NCBI GenBank assembly: GCA_945872165.1
Contig: CAMBYS010000001.1
Coordinates: 1-39,859 of the forward strand
Length of the DNA: 39,859 nt
Origin: an uncultured Clostridia bacterium
GTDB taxonomy: Bacteria; Bacillota; Clostridia; Oscillospirales; Butyricicoccaceae
Direction: 5' to 3'
The translations under genes and the position numbers were made by a program. Of the stretch, positions 1-8,990 are shown piece by piece. Numbering within the stretch: the first letter of the stretch is position 1; every line of letters starts with the position of its first letter. The notes under the pieces were generated by a model. That model was given only the letters and a program-made list of their open reading frames with translations. It ran no database searches and was not told the DNA's origin.

Positions 1-840
1 ATCTACTGCACGGTCAGTCCCGGTCTGCACCGGAATGCTGCATACCATGTCTCCCTTCTTTGCCCACTGCTGTTCCTGCATGCCGGCAAAAGCATCCTCC
101 AGCATCTGTACATGGTCATTCCAGTCATTACGGTCATTGAGGGTTACGGCAATGACCGTACGCCCGTTTCTCTTTGCCGCACTGACCAGACATCGTCCGG
201 CTGTCATGGTATACCCGGTTTTTACTCCGATGGCATCCGGATACAGCCGGAGCATTTTATTATGATTCACCATGGTACGGGTACCGGAGGTATAGGACTT
301 TGTTGCCACAACTTCCGCAAAGGTTTCATTTTTTAGCGCTTCTGCTGCCAGCTTTGCCAGCTCATAGGCCGTGGTATAATGGGTTGCGCCATCCAGCCCG
401 CTGGGATTGTCAAAATGGGTGTCCGTTAGTCCCAGCTCCTGTGCCCGGTCATTCATCCGCTGTACAAACGTCTCTCTGCCGCCGCATTCCGCCGCAATAC
501 ATTCCGCCGCATCGTTGCCGGAACACAGCATCAGGCCATACAGTACATCCCGCAAAGGCAGCTGTTCCCCTGCCTGCAGATACATAGAGGAGCCTTCGAT
601 GCCCGCACAGGTATCGGATACCGTAATAATCCGGTCTATGTCTGTTTCCTCCGCTGCCAGCAGGCCTGTCATGATTTTGGTTGTGCTTGCCATGGGCAGG
701 CGTTGGTTTTCCTGCATCCCATCCAGCAAAACGCCGGTGTCTGCGGAAAGTACCGCATAAGCTGATGCGGAATATGCCATGGAATGCCCGGTACACAGCA
801 TGGCTGCCACCATCAGGCTGAACAACAGCTTCCCCTTCAT
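1..840 (-). CDS. dacB: D-alanyl-D-alanine carboxypeptidase (peptidase S11, DacB/DacF-like), 3' end outside window
   Basis: Not in the ORF track; manual translation from ATG at 840 gives MKGKLLFSLMVAAMLC (signal peptide), MASTTKIMT (SxxK) and NHNKMLRLYPDAIGVKTGYT..AGRCLVSAA (KTG motif). RBS GAGGGGGG upstream; next to ytfJ/scpAB. Confidence 0.88.
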   Translation of the reverse strand, partial: MKGKLLFSLMVAAMLCTGHSMAYSASAYAVLSADTGVLLDGMQENQRLPMASTTKIMTGLLAAEETDIDRIITVSDTCAGIEGSSMYLQAGEQLPLRDVLYGLMLCSGNDAAECIAAECGGRETFVQRMNDRAQELGLTDTHFDNPSGLDGATHYTTAYELAKLAAEALKNETFAEVVATKSYTSGTRTMVNHNKMLRLYPDAIGVKTGYTMTAGRCLVSAAKRNGRTVIAVTLNDRNDWNDHVQMLEDAFAGMQEQQWAKKGDMVCSIPVQTGTDRAVD

Positions 841-863
841 GCACCAATCCCCCCTCAGCCTTC

Positions 864-892
864 ATCCTACGGGGAAATCGAATGGATTATGA
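864..892 (-). promoter_or_regulatory. Putative sigma-E type sporulation promoter for dacB
   Basis: Minus strand TCATAAT-N14-CGTAGGAT resembles the sigma-E consensus; lies just after the ytfJ terminator; dacB is sigma-E controlled in Bacillus subtilis. Confidence 0.5.
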
Positions 893-895
893 CAG

Positions 896-929
896 CAAAA
901 GGGGAGCTGTCCGCTCCCCTCTTCTTTTA
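896..929. terminator. Rho-independent terminator after ytfJ
   Basis: AAAAGGGGAGC-TGTCC-GCTCCCCTCTTCTTTT inverted repeat with flanking A/T runs. Confidence 0.7.
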
Positions 930-1376
930 TTCTGTGGGTTCAGCCGGTTCTGCCACATCCGTCACCGGCGCCTGGGTTTCCTCCGTCTTTTTTCCGCGGC
1001 GGTTGGAAACAAAATTCTGAATGCCGTTTACCGCATCTGGAATCATTTCAATCAGACGATCTGTGCTGTTGTCCGCCGGCATGTTCACCGGCAAAATCCG
1101 TGCATTTCCTTCACTGACTATCAGGAAAGCCACCGGTGAGATGCTGACACCGGCTCCGCCGCCGCCGCCAAAGCACAGCGGTGCGCTATCACTGCTGTTG
1201 CGGGGTTTGAAATCCGATCCGCCGGAACCAAAACCAAAGGTAACCTTGGAAATCGGAATCAGCGTGGTACCGTCATGGGTGACAATCGGATCACCGATAA
1301 TTGTGTTGACATCCACCATAGAGCGGATCTTTTCCATTGTCTCAGCCATCAGGCCATTTACACCGTGTTCTGCCAT
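927..1376 (-). CDS. ytfJ: Sporulation/germination protein YtfJ (GerW family)
   Basis: MVDVNTIIGDPI...IPISKVTFGFGSGGSDF...FGGGGGAGVSISPVAFLIV signature; start placed at MAEHG behind RBS AAAGAGGG. Confidence 0.92.
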   Translation of the reverse strand: MAEHGVNGLMAETMEKIRSMVDVNTIIGDPIVTHDGTTLIPISKVTFGFGSGGSDFKPRNSSDSAPLCFGGGGGAGVSISPVAFLIVSEGNARILPVNMPADNSTDRLIEMIPDAVNGIQNFVSNRRGKKTEETQAPVTDVAEPAEPTE

Positions 1377-1393
1377 TGTTTTTCCCTCTTTCA

Positions 1394-2080
1394 TTACGTT
1401 TTATCATGTTCAGAAGCCGTGTGTTCCCGGCTCCATGCTTCCCGTTCTTCTTTCGTGGTCTGAATGGATTTCCACAGCGCCCACAGCTCTTTTCGCCGTT
1501 TCCAGCCGGTATGCACAAACCGGGACAGCCGTGTCATCACGGCAATATCCATGCCCCAGACCGTTTTCTCTGCGTCAAAATCCGCATCAAGGACAATCCT
1601 GGTATCCTGCAGCACAAAGGCACGTTCCAGATATGGGTACAGGTTGCCCACTGCTACGCTCAGCGCTCCCAGCAGCTCACCGGTTTTCGCGGCATCTGAT
1701 GTGTGCAAAATCAGGGTTACATGCAATTTTTCCCATGTCATTGTTCCCGCCATGTCATCAATCAGCGTGAGCAGCAGGGAAAACGCCTGTCCATAATCCA
1801 GCTTTTTCACATCGAATCGAGGTGCCTGGGGCTGTTTTTCTTTCTTCGGCTTTTGCTCCTTTTGGGGTTGTTTCGCCTTTTGCTTAGGGAGCTTTTTCCG
1901 TTTTCCAATGGTGAAAACCTTTTTTACCGGGCCAAAGCTTCCCCGAAGCTTGATCGGTCCATCCGGCGGCTTCCGCCTGAGTTCCACCCGCATGGGTGCC
2001 CACAGGGTAAATCCCGTCAGCAGGATGAACAGCCCCAGCACAATCCCAAGCAGGATACCCAGTATGCGGAGTACGATCAT
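1394..2080 (-). CDS. YtfI-like (DUF2953) membrane-anchored protein
   Basis: N-terminal TM helix, Lys/Gln-rich linker, DAAKTG..LG motif; directly upstream of ytfJ as in ytfI-ytfJ. Confidence 0.72.
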   Translation of the reverse strand: MIVLRILGILLGIVLGLFILLTGFTLWAPMRVELRRKPPDGPIKLRGSFGPVKKVFTIGKRKKLPKQKAKQPQKEQKPKKEKQPQAPRFDVKKLDYGQAFSLLLTLIDDMAGTMTWEKLHVTLILHTSDAAKTGELLGALSVAVGNLYPYLERAFVLQDTRIVLDADFDAEKTVWGMDIAVMTRLSRFVHTGWKRRKELWALWKSIQTTKEEREAWSREHTASEHDKT

Positions 2081-2631
2081 GTCTCTGCCTCCGCCCGTTC
2101 TGCCTCACGCTTTTCCTCCAGCTCCTTGAGCTCCGGCAGTTCCGGCAGTTCATCCAAAGATGAAATGGAAAATGCCCGGAGAAATGCAGGGGTTGTACGG
2201 TAAATCATCGGCCTGCCCGGCACATCCAGACGGCCGCAGCCTTCAATCAGGCCTTTGTCCAACAGGGTCAGCACGGTATTTGAGCTGTCCACCCCCCGCA
2301 GCTGTTCAATATACGCACGGGTTACCGGCTGCCGATAAGCCACAATGGAAAGCACCTCCAATGCGGCAGCAGACAGGGATGGTGTACGCCGTACCTCCAG
2401 TGCCCGCCGGATGGTATCCGCATATTCCGCACGGGAAACCATCTGATAACTATCCTGCAGGCGGATCAGCTGAAAGCCCCGCTTTTCCGCGTCATAGCTG
2501 TCTGCCAGCTGCTGTGCCAGCTCGTGCAGCGTTGCCGCGTCCACACCCAGCACCTGCATCAGCTTCTGGGCATAAACCGGTTCTCCCGATGCAAATAAGA
2601 TGCCCTCCAACAGGCACGACAATTCATTCAT
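2077..2631 (-). CDS. scpB: SMC-Scp complex subunit ScpB
   Basis: LEGILFASGEP, LSAAALEVLSIVAYRQPVTRAYIEQLRGVDS, GRLDVPGRPMIYRTT motifs. Confidence 0.95.
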   Translation of the reverse strand: MNELSCLLEGILFASGEPVYAQKLMQVLGVDAATLHELAQQLADSYDAEKRGFQLIRLQDSYQMVSRAEYADTIRRALEVRRTPSLSAAALEVLSIVAYRQPVTRAYIEQLRGVDSSNTVLTLLDKGLIEGCGRLDVPGRPMIYRTTPAFLRAFSISSLDELPELPELKELEEKREAERAEAET

Positions 2632-3386
2632 GAAATGCGTTCCTCCCGAACTTCCTCCGTTTCCCTGCCGGTAAACAATGTCAGTGTGGTGTCCTCTCCT
2701 TCCCCATCAATACGGATGCGGTTGGTTTTGGACAGTTCCAGCACGGCAAGGAAGGTTGCCACGATTTCTGATCGGCTCTCCGCGCCCCGGAACAGGCTGC
2801 GGAAATTCAGGGTTGCTTTCTGGCGGAACCGCAGCAGAATGGCGGTAATTCTGGTGTGCACCGGCACACGTTCCCGTCCTACAATACCGGAAAATGCGCT
2901 GACCGGCGGCGGCAGCTTCCGTCCGATTCTTGTGAGCATCCGGCGTGCGGCATCCGGCAGCTTTTCCGGCGGCAGGGTGCCTTCAAACTGTTTTTTCCGT
3001 TCCAGCGGCTCCGGCGGACGGGTGAAAATATCCCGTCCCACTTCACTGTGGGACCGGAAAAACGGCTGTACCACACGGATACGCTGATATTCCAGCAGCT
3101 GTTCCACCAGCTGTGCACGGGGATCTTCCTCTTCCTCTGCCTCATTTTTCTCCTTTGGCAGCAGCATACGGGATTTAATCAGCATCAGCTGGGCTGCCAT
3201 GGCGATAAAATCACCGGCAACCTCCATATCCGCTTCCTGTGCCTCCCGCAGTACTTCCATATATTGCTCCAGAATCAGAGAAATCGGAATATCATAAATA
3301 TTTACCTTATTTTTTGCAATCAGATGCAGCAGTAAATCCAACGGTCCGTCAAAGGCGGACAGATGAAAGGTCATTTTTTCCGTCAT
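2628..3386 (-). CDS. scpA: Segregation and condensation protein ScpA
   Basis: FDGPLDLLLHLI..NKVNIYDIPI, LIKSRMLLP, DPRAQLVEQLLEY, IVATFLAVLEL; start at MTEKMTF, which overlaps the upstream stop (ATGA). Confidence 0.95.
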   Translation of the reverse strand: MTEKMTFHLSAFDGPLDLLLHLIAKNKVNIYDIPISLILEQYMEVLREAQEADMEVAGDFIAMAAQLMLIKSRMLLPKEKNEAEEEEDPRAQLVEQLLEYQRIRVVQPFFRSHSEVGRDIFTRPPEPLERKKQFEGTLPPEKLPDAARRMLTRIGRKLPPPVSAFSGIVGRERVPVHTRITAILLRFRQKATLNFRSLFRGAESRSEIVATFLAVLELSKTNRIRIDGEGEDTTLTLFTGRETEEVREERIS

Positions 3387-4027
3387 CCCAGCACCGCCAG
3401 TACAATCGAAGCCAGACCCTGATAAATGATATTGACAAAAAAGCGAATCGGTGTATTCAATACGCCCAATACCAGCAAAATCAGCAATCCAAACTGAATA
3501 AACTGCTGATACTGTGCAAACTTCCATTCATATTTCCGAGGCAGGAAGGACAGCAGGATTTTGGAGCCATCCAGCGGCGGCACCGGAATCAGATTGAATA
3601 CACCCAATCCGATGCTGATGACCGCAACCATATACAGCATCAGCGCAATGGTCATGACAATCGAGGACTCTGCCAATCGCAGGGGATAATATAAAAACAG
3701 TGCGACCAATGCCAGCAGGAAATTGGAAACTGGTCCTGCAAGAGATACCAGTGCGATATCCCGCCGGGGATGTTTGAAATTTCCGGGATTCACCGGCACC
3801 GGCTTTGCCCAGCCCACATGAAAAAACAGCAGGCAGATGGTACCGATGGGATCCAGATGACGGATCGGGTCAAGGGTCAGCCGTCCGGCATGCTTCGCCG
3901 TCGGATCACCCAGTGCATATGCCATGTAACCATGACACGCCTCATGCACGCTCAGGCAGAGCAGGACTGCCGGAACGCTGACCAGCAGCTGAATGAGTTG
4001 ACTGTTCAGATAACTAAACATAAACAA
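3383..4027 (-). CDS. Site-2 protease family (M50) intramembrane metalloprotease
   Basis: HEACH (HExxH), GDPTA..GRLTLDP, GWAKPVPVNP, AGPVSN, FNLIPVPPLDG motifs. Confidence 0.93.
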   Translation of the reverse strand: MFMFSYLNSQLIQLLVSVPAVLLCLSVHEACHGYMAYALGDPTAKHAGRLTLDPIRHLDPIGTICLLFFHVGWAKPVPVNPGNFKHPRRDIALVSLAGPVSNFLLALVALFLYYPLRLAESSIVMTIALMLYMVAVISIGLGVFNLIPVPPLDGSKILLSFLPRKYEWKFAQYQQFIQFGLLILLVLGVLNTPIRFFVNIIYQGLASIVLAVLG

Positions 4028-4056
4028 GCTCCTACATACATACGATATTAGAATAT

Positions 4057-4085
4057 AGTATAGCCGGAACAGGCAGGAATTTCAA
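4057..4085 (-). promoter_or_regulatory. Sigma-A promoter of the S2P-scpA-scpB operon
   Basis: Minus strand TTGAAA-N17-TATACT. Confidence 0.6.
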
Positions 4086-4142
4086 GCAGATTGGGGATTT
4101 TTACAAACTGGACACAATGGTTTTCACCTATCCGGATGGACT

Positions 4143-4188
4143 AAAAAAAAGAAAAGGACAGAACATATCCTGCCCTGCCCTTCTCTTT
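4143..4188 (-). terminator. Terminator after the HIT gene
   Basis: Minus strand AGAAGGGCAGGGCA-GGATA-TGTTCTGTCCTTTT followed by a T run. Confidence 0.7.
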
Positions 4189-4202
4189 GATAAGGTTAAC
4201 TT

Positions 4203-4637
4203 TTAGTCTTTGGTGATATTCAGTTCAGCCTTCAGCTGTGCCATCATCTCATCATATTCTTCCTGAGACAGATGTACCGGATTCGGGTTGGTGATTTCAA
4301 AACCGCCGCCGAATTCAAAGCCGCCTTCATACTTCGGAACGATATGGAAATGTACATGGGGCAGCTTATCACCATATGCGCCCAGATTGATCTTGGTGCA
4401 GCCCCACAGCTTCTTTACTGCAGCAGCAACATCTGCAACATCATCCATATATGCATGGCGCTGCTCCGGCGTCAGGTCAGAAAGCTCAGCCAGATGCTCA
4501 TCCACAGCAACAACACAACGGCCCTTATGTGCCTGATCCTTGAACAGATACAGAACGCCTTCTCTCATCTTGCCGACACGGAACATAATCGCCTTGCGGC
4601 CTTCATGATCCGGATCACAGTAAAAACAGTTTGCCAT
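4203..4637 (-). CDS. HIT family nucleotide hydrolase
   Basis: N-terminal CFYC and PHVHFHIVPKY histidine triad; RBS GAGGAGAGG before MANCFYC. Confidence 0.88.
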   Translation of the reverse strand: MANCFYCDPDHEGRKAIMFRVGKMREGVLYLFKDQAHKGRCVVAVDEHLAELSDLTPEQRHAYMDDVADVAAAVKKLWGCTKINLGAYGDKLPHVHFHIVPKYEGGFEFGGGFEITNPNPVHLSQEEYDEMMAQLKAELNITKD

Positions 4638-4738
4638 TGGAATCCTCTCCTCACGTAGTAACACAAAGTAGTATATCCCTGTCCATACGGACATGTTCTA
4701 TGAATAGTATACCGCAAACCGCCGAATATTTCCAGACC

Positions 4739-5845
4739 TTAACCAAAAGTTACATAGAAATTTGTCTCCCATGCCGGGACATAGGGGTGATGCAGCATGC
4801 CCAGCCTGACATCCGGACACATTTCATACAGCAGCAGGGGCAGCTCATACAAATCCTCACTGCGGTGATAGGCGGAAAGAGAGATACGGGGACGCCAGGT
4901 CTGGATGGTATGCCGTGCACCTTCCAGCGCCATACGTTCTGCCCCTTCCACATCCAGCTTGAGCAGCGTGCAGGGTCTGCCGTCCAACACATGATCCACC
5001 GATTCCACCGGTATGGTTACTGTGTGTTTGTCGTGGGATACCTCGTTCATCACCGGAGTCAGAACAGAATTGCGTCCTGCCTTTCCGGCAAACAGCATCT
5101 CTCCCGGCTCCTTCCATGCACCCGCATTGACCAGCTGAATGCGGTCCAGCTCTGCCTGCTCCACATATTTCTTCAGCTTCTTGAAGGTCTTTCTGTCCGG
5201 CTCCAAGGCAGTAATCGACGCATAAGTTCCATTTGTATACGACAGCAGTTCCCGGATGGTATCCCCGTTATAGGCGCCCAGATCCACAAAATGTTCCTTT
5301 TCCTGTGGTTTCAAATACTGGGCAAAGGCAGTCTCCCGGCTGTCGGTATAGTCCCGCAGCCAGTGCAGTTTGCCGCTGAGCTTGAAATTGACTGTTGCCG
5401 CGAAAACCTCCCGTGATCGGTCATCTGCCAGCAATGCATAGACCTGTTCCAGCTCCTCACAATGGGTCTGGACAAAGTCCGGATCAAACAGTTCACCGCC
5501 TGCCACCGGCACATCCGGTGCATAGGTGGTATGGGTGCGGTCCAGATGGTCAAACAGCTCCAGTACCTCCGACCGGCTGGAGGCAAAGGCAATCACTGCC
5601 ACAAAATCCCCCAGTTCCTGCTCCAGCTCCGAGCGTTTTTTCACCTGATAGCCGGCAAAGCTGTGCCCCCGGACAAATTCATCCGACGCAAAAATGCCCG
5701 CAACCGGAATCTCCCGCTGTGCACACACACGCAGAATTTTTTCCGCTCCATCACCCATGCCATACAGGGCAATCGGGCGTGTTTCTCTTTTTAATTGATC
5801 CCAGACGGACTCTGTTTCCGTCACAAAATGCGGCAGCCGGTTCAT
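4739..5845 (-). CDS. FkbM family SAM-dependent methyltransferase
   Basis: FVDLGAYNGDT, ALEPD, LLKLDVEGAE..AL.GA..TI, AYH motifs; N-terminal Rossmann-like LYGMGDGA. Start uncertain (5845 with ATGA overlap, or 5851). Confidence 0.88.
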   Translation of the reverse strand: MNRLPHFVTETESVWDQLKRETRPIALYGMGDGAEKILRVCAQREIPVAGIFASDEFVRGHSFAGYQVKKRSELEQELGDFVAVIAFASSRSEVLELFDHLDRTHTTYAPDVPVAGGELFDPDFVQTHCEELEQVYALLADDRSREVFAATVNFKLSGKLHWLRDYTDSRETAFAQYLKPQEKEHFVDLGAYNGDTIRELLSYTNGTYASITALEPDRKTFKKLKKYVEQAELDRIQLVNAGAWKEPGEMLFAGKAGRNSVLTPVMNEVSHDKHTVTIPVESVDHVLDGRPCTLLKLDVEGAERMALEGARHTIQTWRPRISLSAYHRSEDLYELPLLLYEMCPDVRLGMLHHPYVPAWETNFYVTFG

Positions 5846-6180
5846 TCCCATGTTTTCCACACATCCGGGCAGTAACCCACCGTCGCCTGTTTGCCATTGC
5901 GGACAATGGGTGTTTTCAGCAGCTTGGGATTGTCCATCAGCTTTTCCATTTTTGCCTCATCCGATGCCAGATAAGGCAGCATGGCAGCATCCGGGTCCTT
6001 TGCCTTCGGGTCAATCATGGCCTCCAGTCCTACCGCACGGCATACCGAGGTAAATTCTCCCTTGCTCATGCCATAGCGCAGCAGATCAACCGACTGGTAT
6101 TTCACCCGGCGTTCTTTGAAATAGCGTTCTGCTTTCTTTGTGTCAAAGCATTTGCTTTTGCCAAAAATCTGAATGTTCAT
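5842..6180 (-). CDS. ArsC/Spx family thioredoxin-fold protein
   Basis: IFGKSKCFDTKKAERYFKER and NPKLLKTPIVRNG..ATVGY motifs. Confidence 0.88.
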   Translation of the reverse strand: MNIQIFGKSKCFDTKKAERYFKERRVKYQSVDLLRYGMSKGEFTSVCRAVGLEAMIDPKAKDPDAAMLPYLASDEAKMEKLMDNPKLLKTPIVRNGKQATVGYCPDVWKTWE

Positions 6181-6382
6181 ATGGTTCTCCTGTTTATCTC
6201 ATTTTTCTTATCTTACCACAGCTGGTTTTAAAACACAATGTCCGCCTGTTTTTCACAAAACTCCCCAATTGTCCTCGATACAAAGACACTTGTTCAAACT
6301 GACACAGGAAAACCATTATAATTTTCACATTTTATGAATCCTGTCCATTGTTTTCCTGTCTGCTTCTGCGTATACTATAACT

Positions 6383-6524
6383 GTACTCAGGAGAACGAAA
6401 AACACCTGAGAACAAAGATTTTTATAGCCTGCCACCGCACAGTTTTCCCATTCTGTGCTTTCATATATCTCTCTCTTTACTGTATGGCGCGTCGAATTTC
6501 CTACCATCGACGCGCCGTTTTTCT
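6383..6524 (+). ncRNA. Candidate small RNA (about 140 nt)
   Basis: TTGTTT-N17-TATACT promoter (6348-6376), two hairpins, a CU-rich stretch and a GC-rich terminator; prfC has its own downstream promoter. Confidence 0.5.
6486..6524 (+). terminator. Rho-independent terminator upstream of prfC
   Basis: GGCGCGTCGA-N11-TCGACGCGCC followed by GTTTTTCT. Confidence 0.75.
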
Positions 6525-6547
6525 ATCCTTTTTCTGAAAATCAGGAA

Positions 6548-6576
6548 TTGTTTTCTGTAAAAATTTGTGGTAACAT
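6548..6576 (+). promoter_or_regulatory. Putative sigma-A promoter for prfC
   Basis: TTGTTT-N17-TAACAT with TG extension. Confidence 0.45.
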
Positions 6577-6648
6577 GTATGTATATGCGCCTGTATCGCT
6601 CTGCCGGCGCTTTTTTACGCAACAAATGCTGATCGGAGGTCTTTTCTT

Positions 6649-8247
6649 TTGTCAGATTTAAAATCAGAAATTACAAAGCGCCGCACGTTTGCGATTATTT
6701 CGCATCCGGACGCAGGTAAAACCACCATTACTGAAAAATTCCTGCTCTACGGCGGAGCCATCCAGCTGGCTGGTACCGTCAAGGGCAAAAAAAATACACG
6801 TCATGCCGTTTCCGACTGGATGGAAATTGAAAAGCAGCGTGGTATTTCCGTTACCTCTTCTGTCCTGCAGTTTGAATATGACGGACATTGTATCAATATT
6901 CTGGATACCCCGGGACATCAGGACTTTTCGGAAGATACCTACCGTACCCTGATGGCTGCGGATTCTGCCATCATGGTCATTGATGCCTCCAAGGGTGTGG
7001 AAGCCCAGACCCGTAAGCTGTTCAAGGTTTGCTCCATGCGCGGCATCCCGATTTTTACCTTTATCAATAAGATGGACCTGGAATCCCGTGACCCCTATGA
7101 CCTGCTGGATGAACTGGAAAAGGAGCTGGGCATTGATACCTATGCGGTAAACTGGCCCATTGGCTGCGGCAAAGAATTTAAAGGCGTATATGACCGCCAG
7201 AAAAACCATGTCATGGCATTTGAAGCCGCTTCGGTTACCGGTACCAAGGAAGCCAAGGCCACCATTTATGCTACCGATGACCCAGCATTGGAGCCCATGG
7301 TAGGTGCCCGCCTGTGGGATACCCTGCAGGATGATATTGAGCTGCTCAGCGGTGCCGGCGAGGATTTTGACCTGGAGCGTGTGCAGGCAGGTACTCTCTC
7401 TCCGGTATTCTTCGGTTCCGCTCTGACCAATTTTGGTGTTGAGCCGTTCCTGCAGTACTTCTTGGAAATGACACCGCCGCCCACGGCACGTACCTCCCAC
7501 GGGGAAACCATTGACCCGTTTGACGAGCATTTTTCTGCCTTTGTCTTTAAGATTCAGGCAAACATGAACAAGGCCCACCGTGACCGTATCGCATTCATGC
7601 GCATTTGCTCCGGCAAGTTTGAAAAGGGCATGGATGTATACCATGTGCAGGCGGGCAAGAAAATCCAGCTGGCACAGCCCCAGCAGATCATGGCACAGGA
7701 TCGTGCGATTATTGATGAGGCCTATGCCGGTGATATCATCGGTGTCTTTGACCCGGGCATTTTCTCCATCGGTGACACGGTATGCACGCCGGGCTTTGAC
7801 TGCAAATACTCCGGTATTCCTACCTTTGCACCGGAAGTATTCTGCCGTATCCGCCAGAAGGATACCATGAAACGCAAGCAGTTCATTAAGGGCATGGAGC
7901 AGATTGCACAGGAAGGTGCAATCCAGATTTTCCAGGAACCCTATTCCGGTATGGAGGAAGTCATTGTCGGCGTTGTTGGTACCCTGCAGCTGGATGTACT
8001 GGAATACCGCCTGAAGAATGAATACCGGGTGGATATTGTCATGGAAAGCCTGCCATACCAGTACCTGCGCTGGATTGAAAATGAGGATATCCAGCCGGAC
8101 GAGCTGAAAATCACTTCGGACAGCAAAATTGTACAGGACTACCGTGGACGGTATCTGCTGCTGTTTACCAGCATGTGGAACCTGAACTGGGCATTGGATA
8201 AAAATGAAAACCTGCAGCTGGCTGAATTTGGCCGCGCAGAGGATTAA
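6649..8247 (+). CDS. prfC: Peptide chain release factor 3
   Basis: RRTFAIISHPDAGKTT.TEK.LL.GGAI, SDWMEIEKQRGISVTSS, DTPGHQDFSEDTYRTL, FINKMD; TTG start with GGAGGT RBS. Confidence 0.98.
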   Translation: MSDLKSEITKRRTFAIISHPDAGKTTITEKFLLYGGAIQLAGTVKGKKNTRHAVSDWMEIEKQRGISVTSSVLQFEYDGHCINILDTPGHQDFSEDTYRTLMAADSAIMVIDASKGVEAQTRKLFKVCSMRGIPIFTFINKMDLESRDPYDLLDELEKELGIDTYAVNWPIGCGKEFKGVYDRQKNHVMAFEAASVTGTKEAKATIYATDDPALEPMVGARLWDTLQDDIELLSGAGEDFDLERVQAGTLSPVFFGSALTNFGVEPFLQYFLEMTPPPTARTSHGETIDPFDEHFSAFVFKIQANMNKAHRDRIAFMRICSGKFEKGMDVYHVQAGKKIQLAQPQQIMAQDRAIIDEAYAGDIIGVFDPGIFSIGDTVCTPGFDCKYSGIPTFAPEVFCRIRQKDTMKRKQFIKGMEQIAQEGAIQIFQEPYSGMEEVIVGVVGTLQLDVLEYRLKNEYRVDIVMESLPYQYLRWIENEDIQPDELKITSDSKIVQDYRGRYLLLFTSMWNLNWALDKNENLQLAEFGRAED

Positions 8248-8251
8248 ATGG

Positions 8252-8284
8252 CAAAAGCCGCATGCAGCACGCATGCGGCTTTTT
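8252..8284. terminator. Bidirectional terminator between prfC and bioY
   Basis: AAAAGCCGCATGC-AGCAC-GCATGCGGCTTTTT. Confidence 0.85.
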
Positions 8285-8314
8285 GATGCTCTTTATCCTA
8301 TGAAAACAAGATGA

Positions 8315-8878
8315 TTATGATTCATTTCGAACCAGATTTGCCTGTGCCAGTCTGCGGCGAATCTGGGGGCCCAGAACAGCAGCAATTACCATTTTTGCCA
8401 GGTCTCCCGGAATAAACGGCAGGACACCGGCTGCCAATGCTGCCATAAACGTCAGGTTTGCCTGATATGCCAGCCACGCAGTGCCAAAAGCGTAGCAAAC
8501 CACCGTACCCAGCAGCATACCAATAAAGCTCGGAACCAGCTTGCAGGAAAAATGGTCAATGGCCCAGCCGCAGATCAGTGCCATAAAGATAAAGCCGAGC
8601 AGATATCCGCCGGTAGGTCCGAACAGCTTGCCTACGCCGCCGGAAAAACCGGAAAATACCGGTACGCCTACCAGACCAAGCAGCAGATAAACCAGATAGC
8701 TCAAGGTTCCGCGGCGGCAGCCCAGCACATAGATCGCCAGATATACTGCCAGATTGGTCAGGGAAATCGGTACAACGCTAAAGGGAATGGGAATGGACAG
8801 CGGGCCCATGATACAGGTTACCGCAGCCATCACGGCAATCAGCGCCATTTCTGATACACTTATTTTTTTCTGTTTCAT
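8315..8878 (-). CDS. bioY: Biotin transporter BioY (ECF S-component)
   Basis: VPISL, YLLLGLVGVPVFSGFSGG...GPTGGYLLGF, PFIPGDLAK; upstream BirA operator; start at MKQKK behind CAGGAG. Confidence 0.95.
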   Translation of the reverse strand: MKQKKISVSEMALIAVMAAVTCIMGPLSIPIPFSVVPISLTNLAVYLAIYVLGCRRGTLSYLVYLLLGLVGVPVFSGFSGGVGKLFGPTGGYLLGFIFMALICGWAIDHFSCKLVPSFIGMLLGTVVCYAFGTAWLAYQANLTFMAALAAGVLPFIPGDLAKMVIAAVLGPQIRRRLAQANLVRNES

Positions 8879-8952
8879 TTTTATCTCCTGTACATATAAA
8901 AAAATCCTTGTCCGTTTCACCGGACAAGGATAGTATACGCGTAATCCGCACT

Positions 8953-8986
8953 ATTGTCAACCTGTAAACCAGCAAAGGTTAACATA
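8953..8986. promoter_or_regulatory. BirA (biotin repressor) operator
   Basis: TGTCAAC-N16-GTTAACA matches the BirA palindrome and overlaps the TTGACA -35 element of bioY on the minus strand. Confidence 0.85.
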
Positions 8987-8990
8987 TAAC

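Noticed and set aside
449-865. 138-aa minus-strand ORF from the track
   Set aside because: It is an alternative frame of the dacB gene (ATG at 840), which carries SxxK and KTG motifs.
3387-3527. N-terminal extension of ScpA in the ORF track (similar extensions for HIT, bioY, AraC, EamA, dapA and the second AEC gene)
   Set aside because: They overlap upstream genes or promoters; downstream starts have better RBS or stop-start coupling.
6664-8274. 536-aa minus-strand ORF, and similar long antisense ORFs over but, nrdD, asd, dapA, dapB, queA and cbiK
   Set aside because: Mirror-frame ORFs expected from codon bias of the real genes on the opposite strand.
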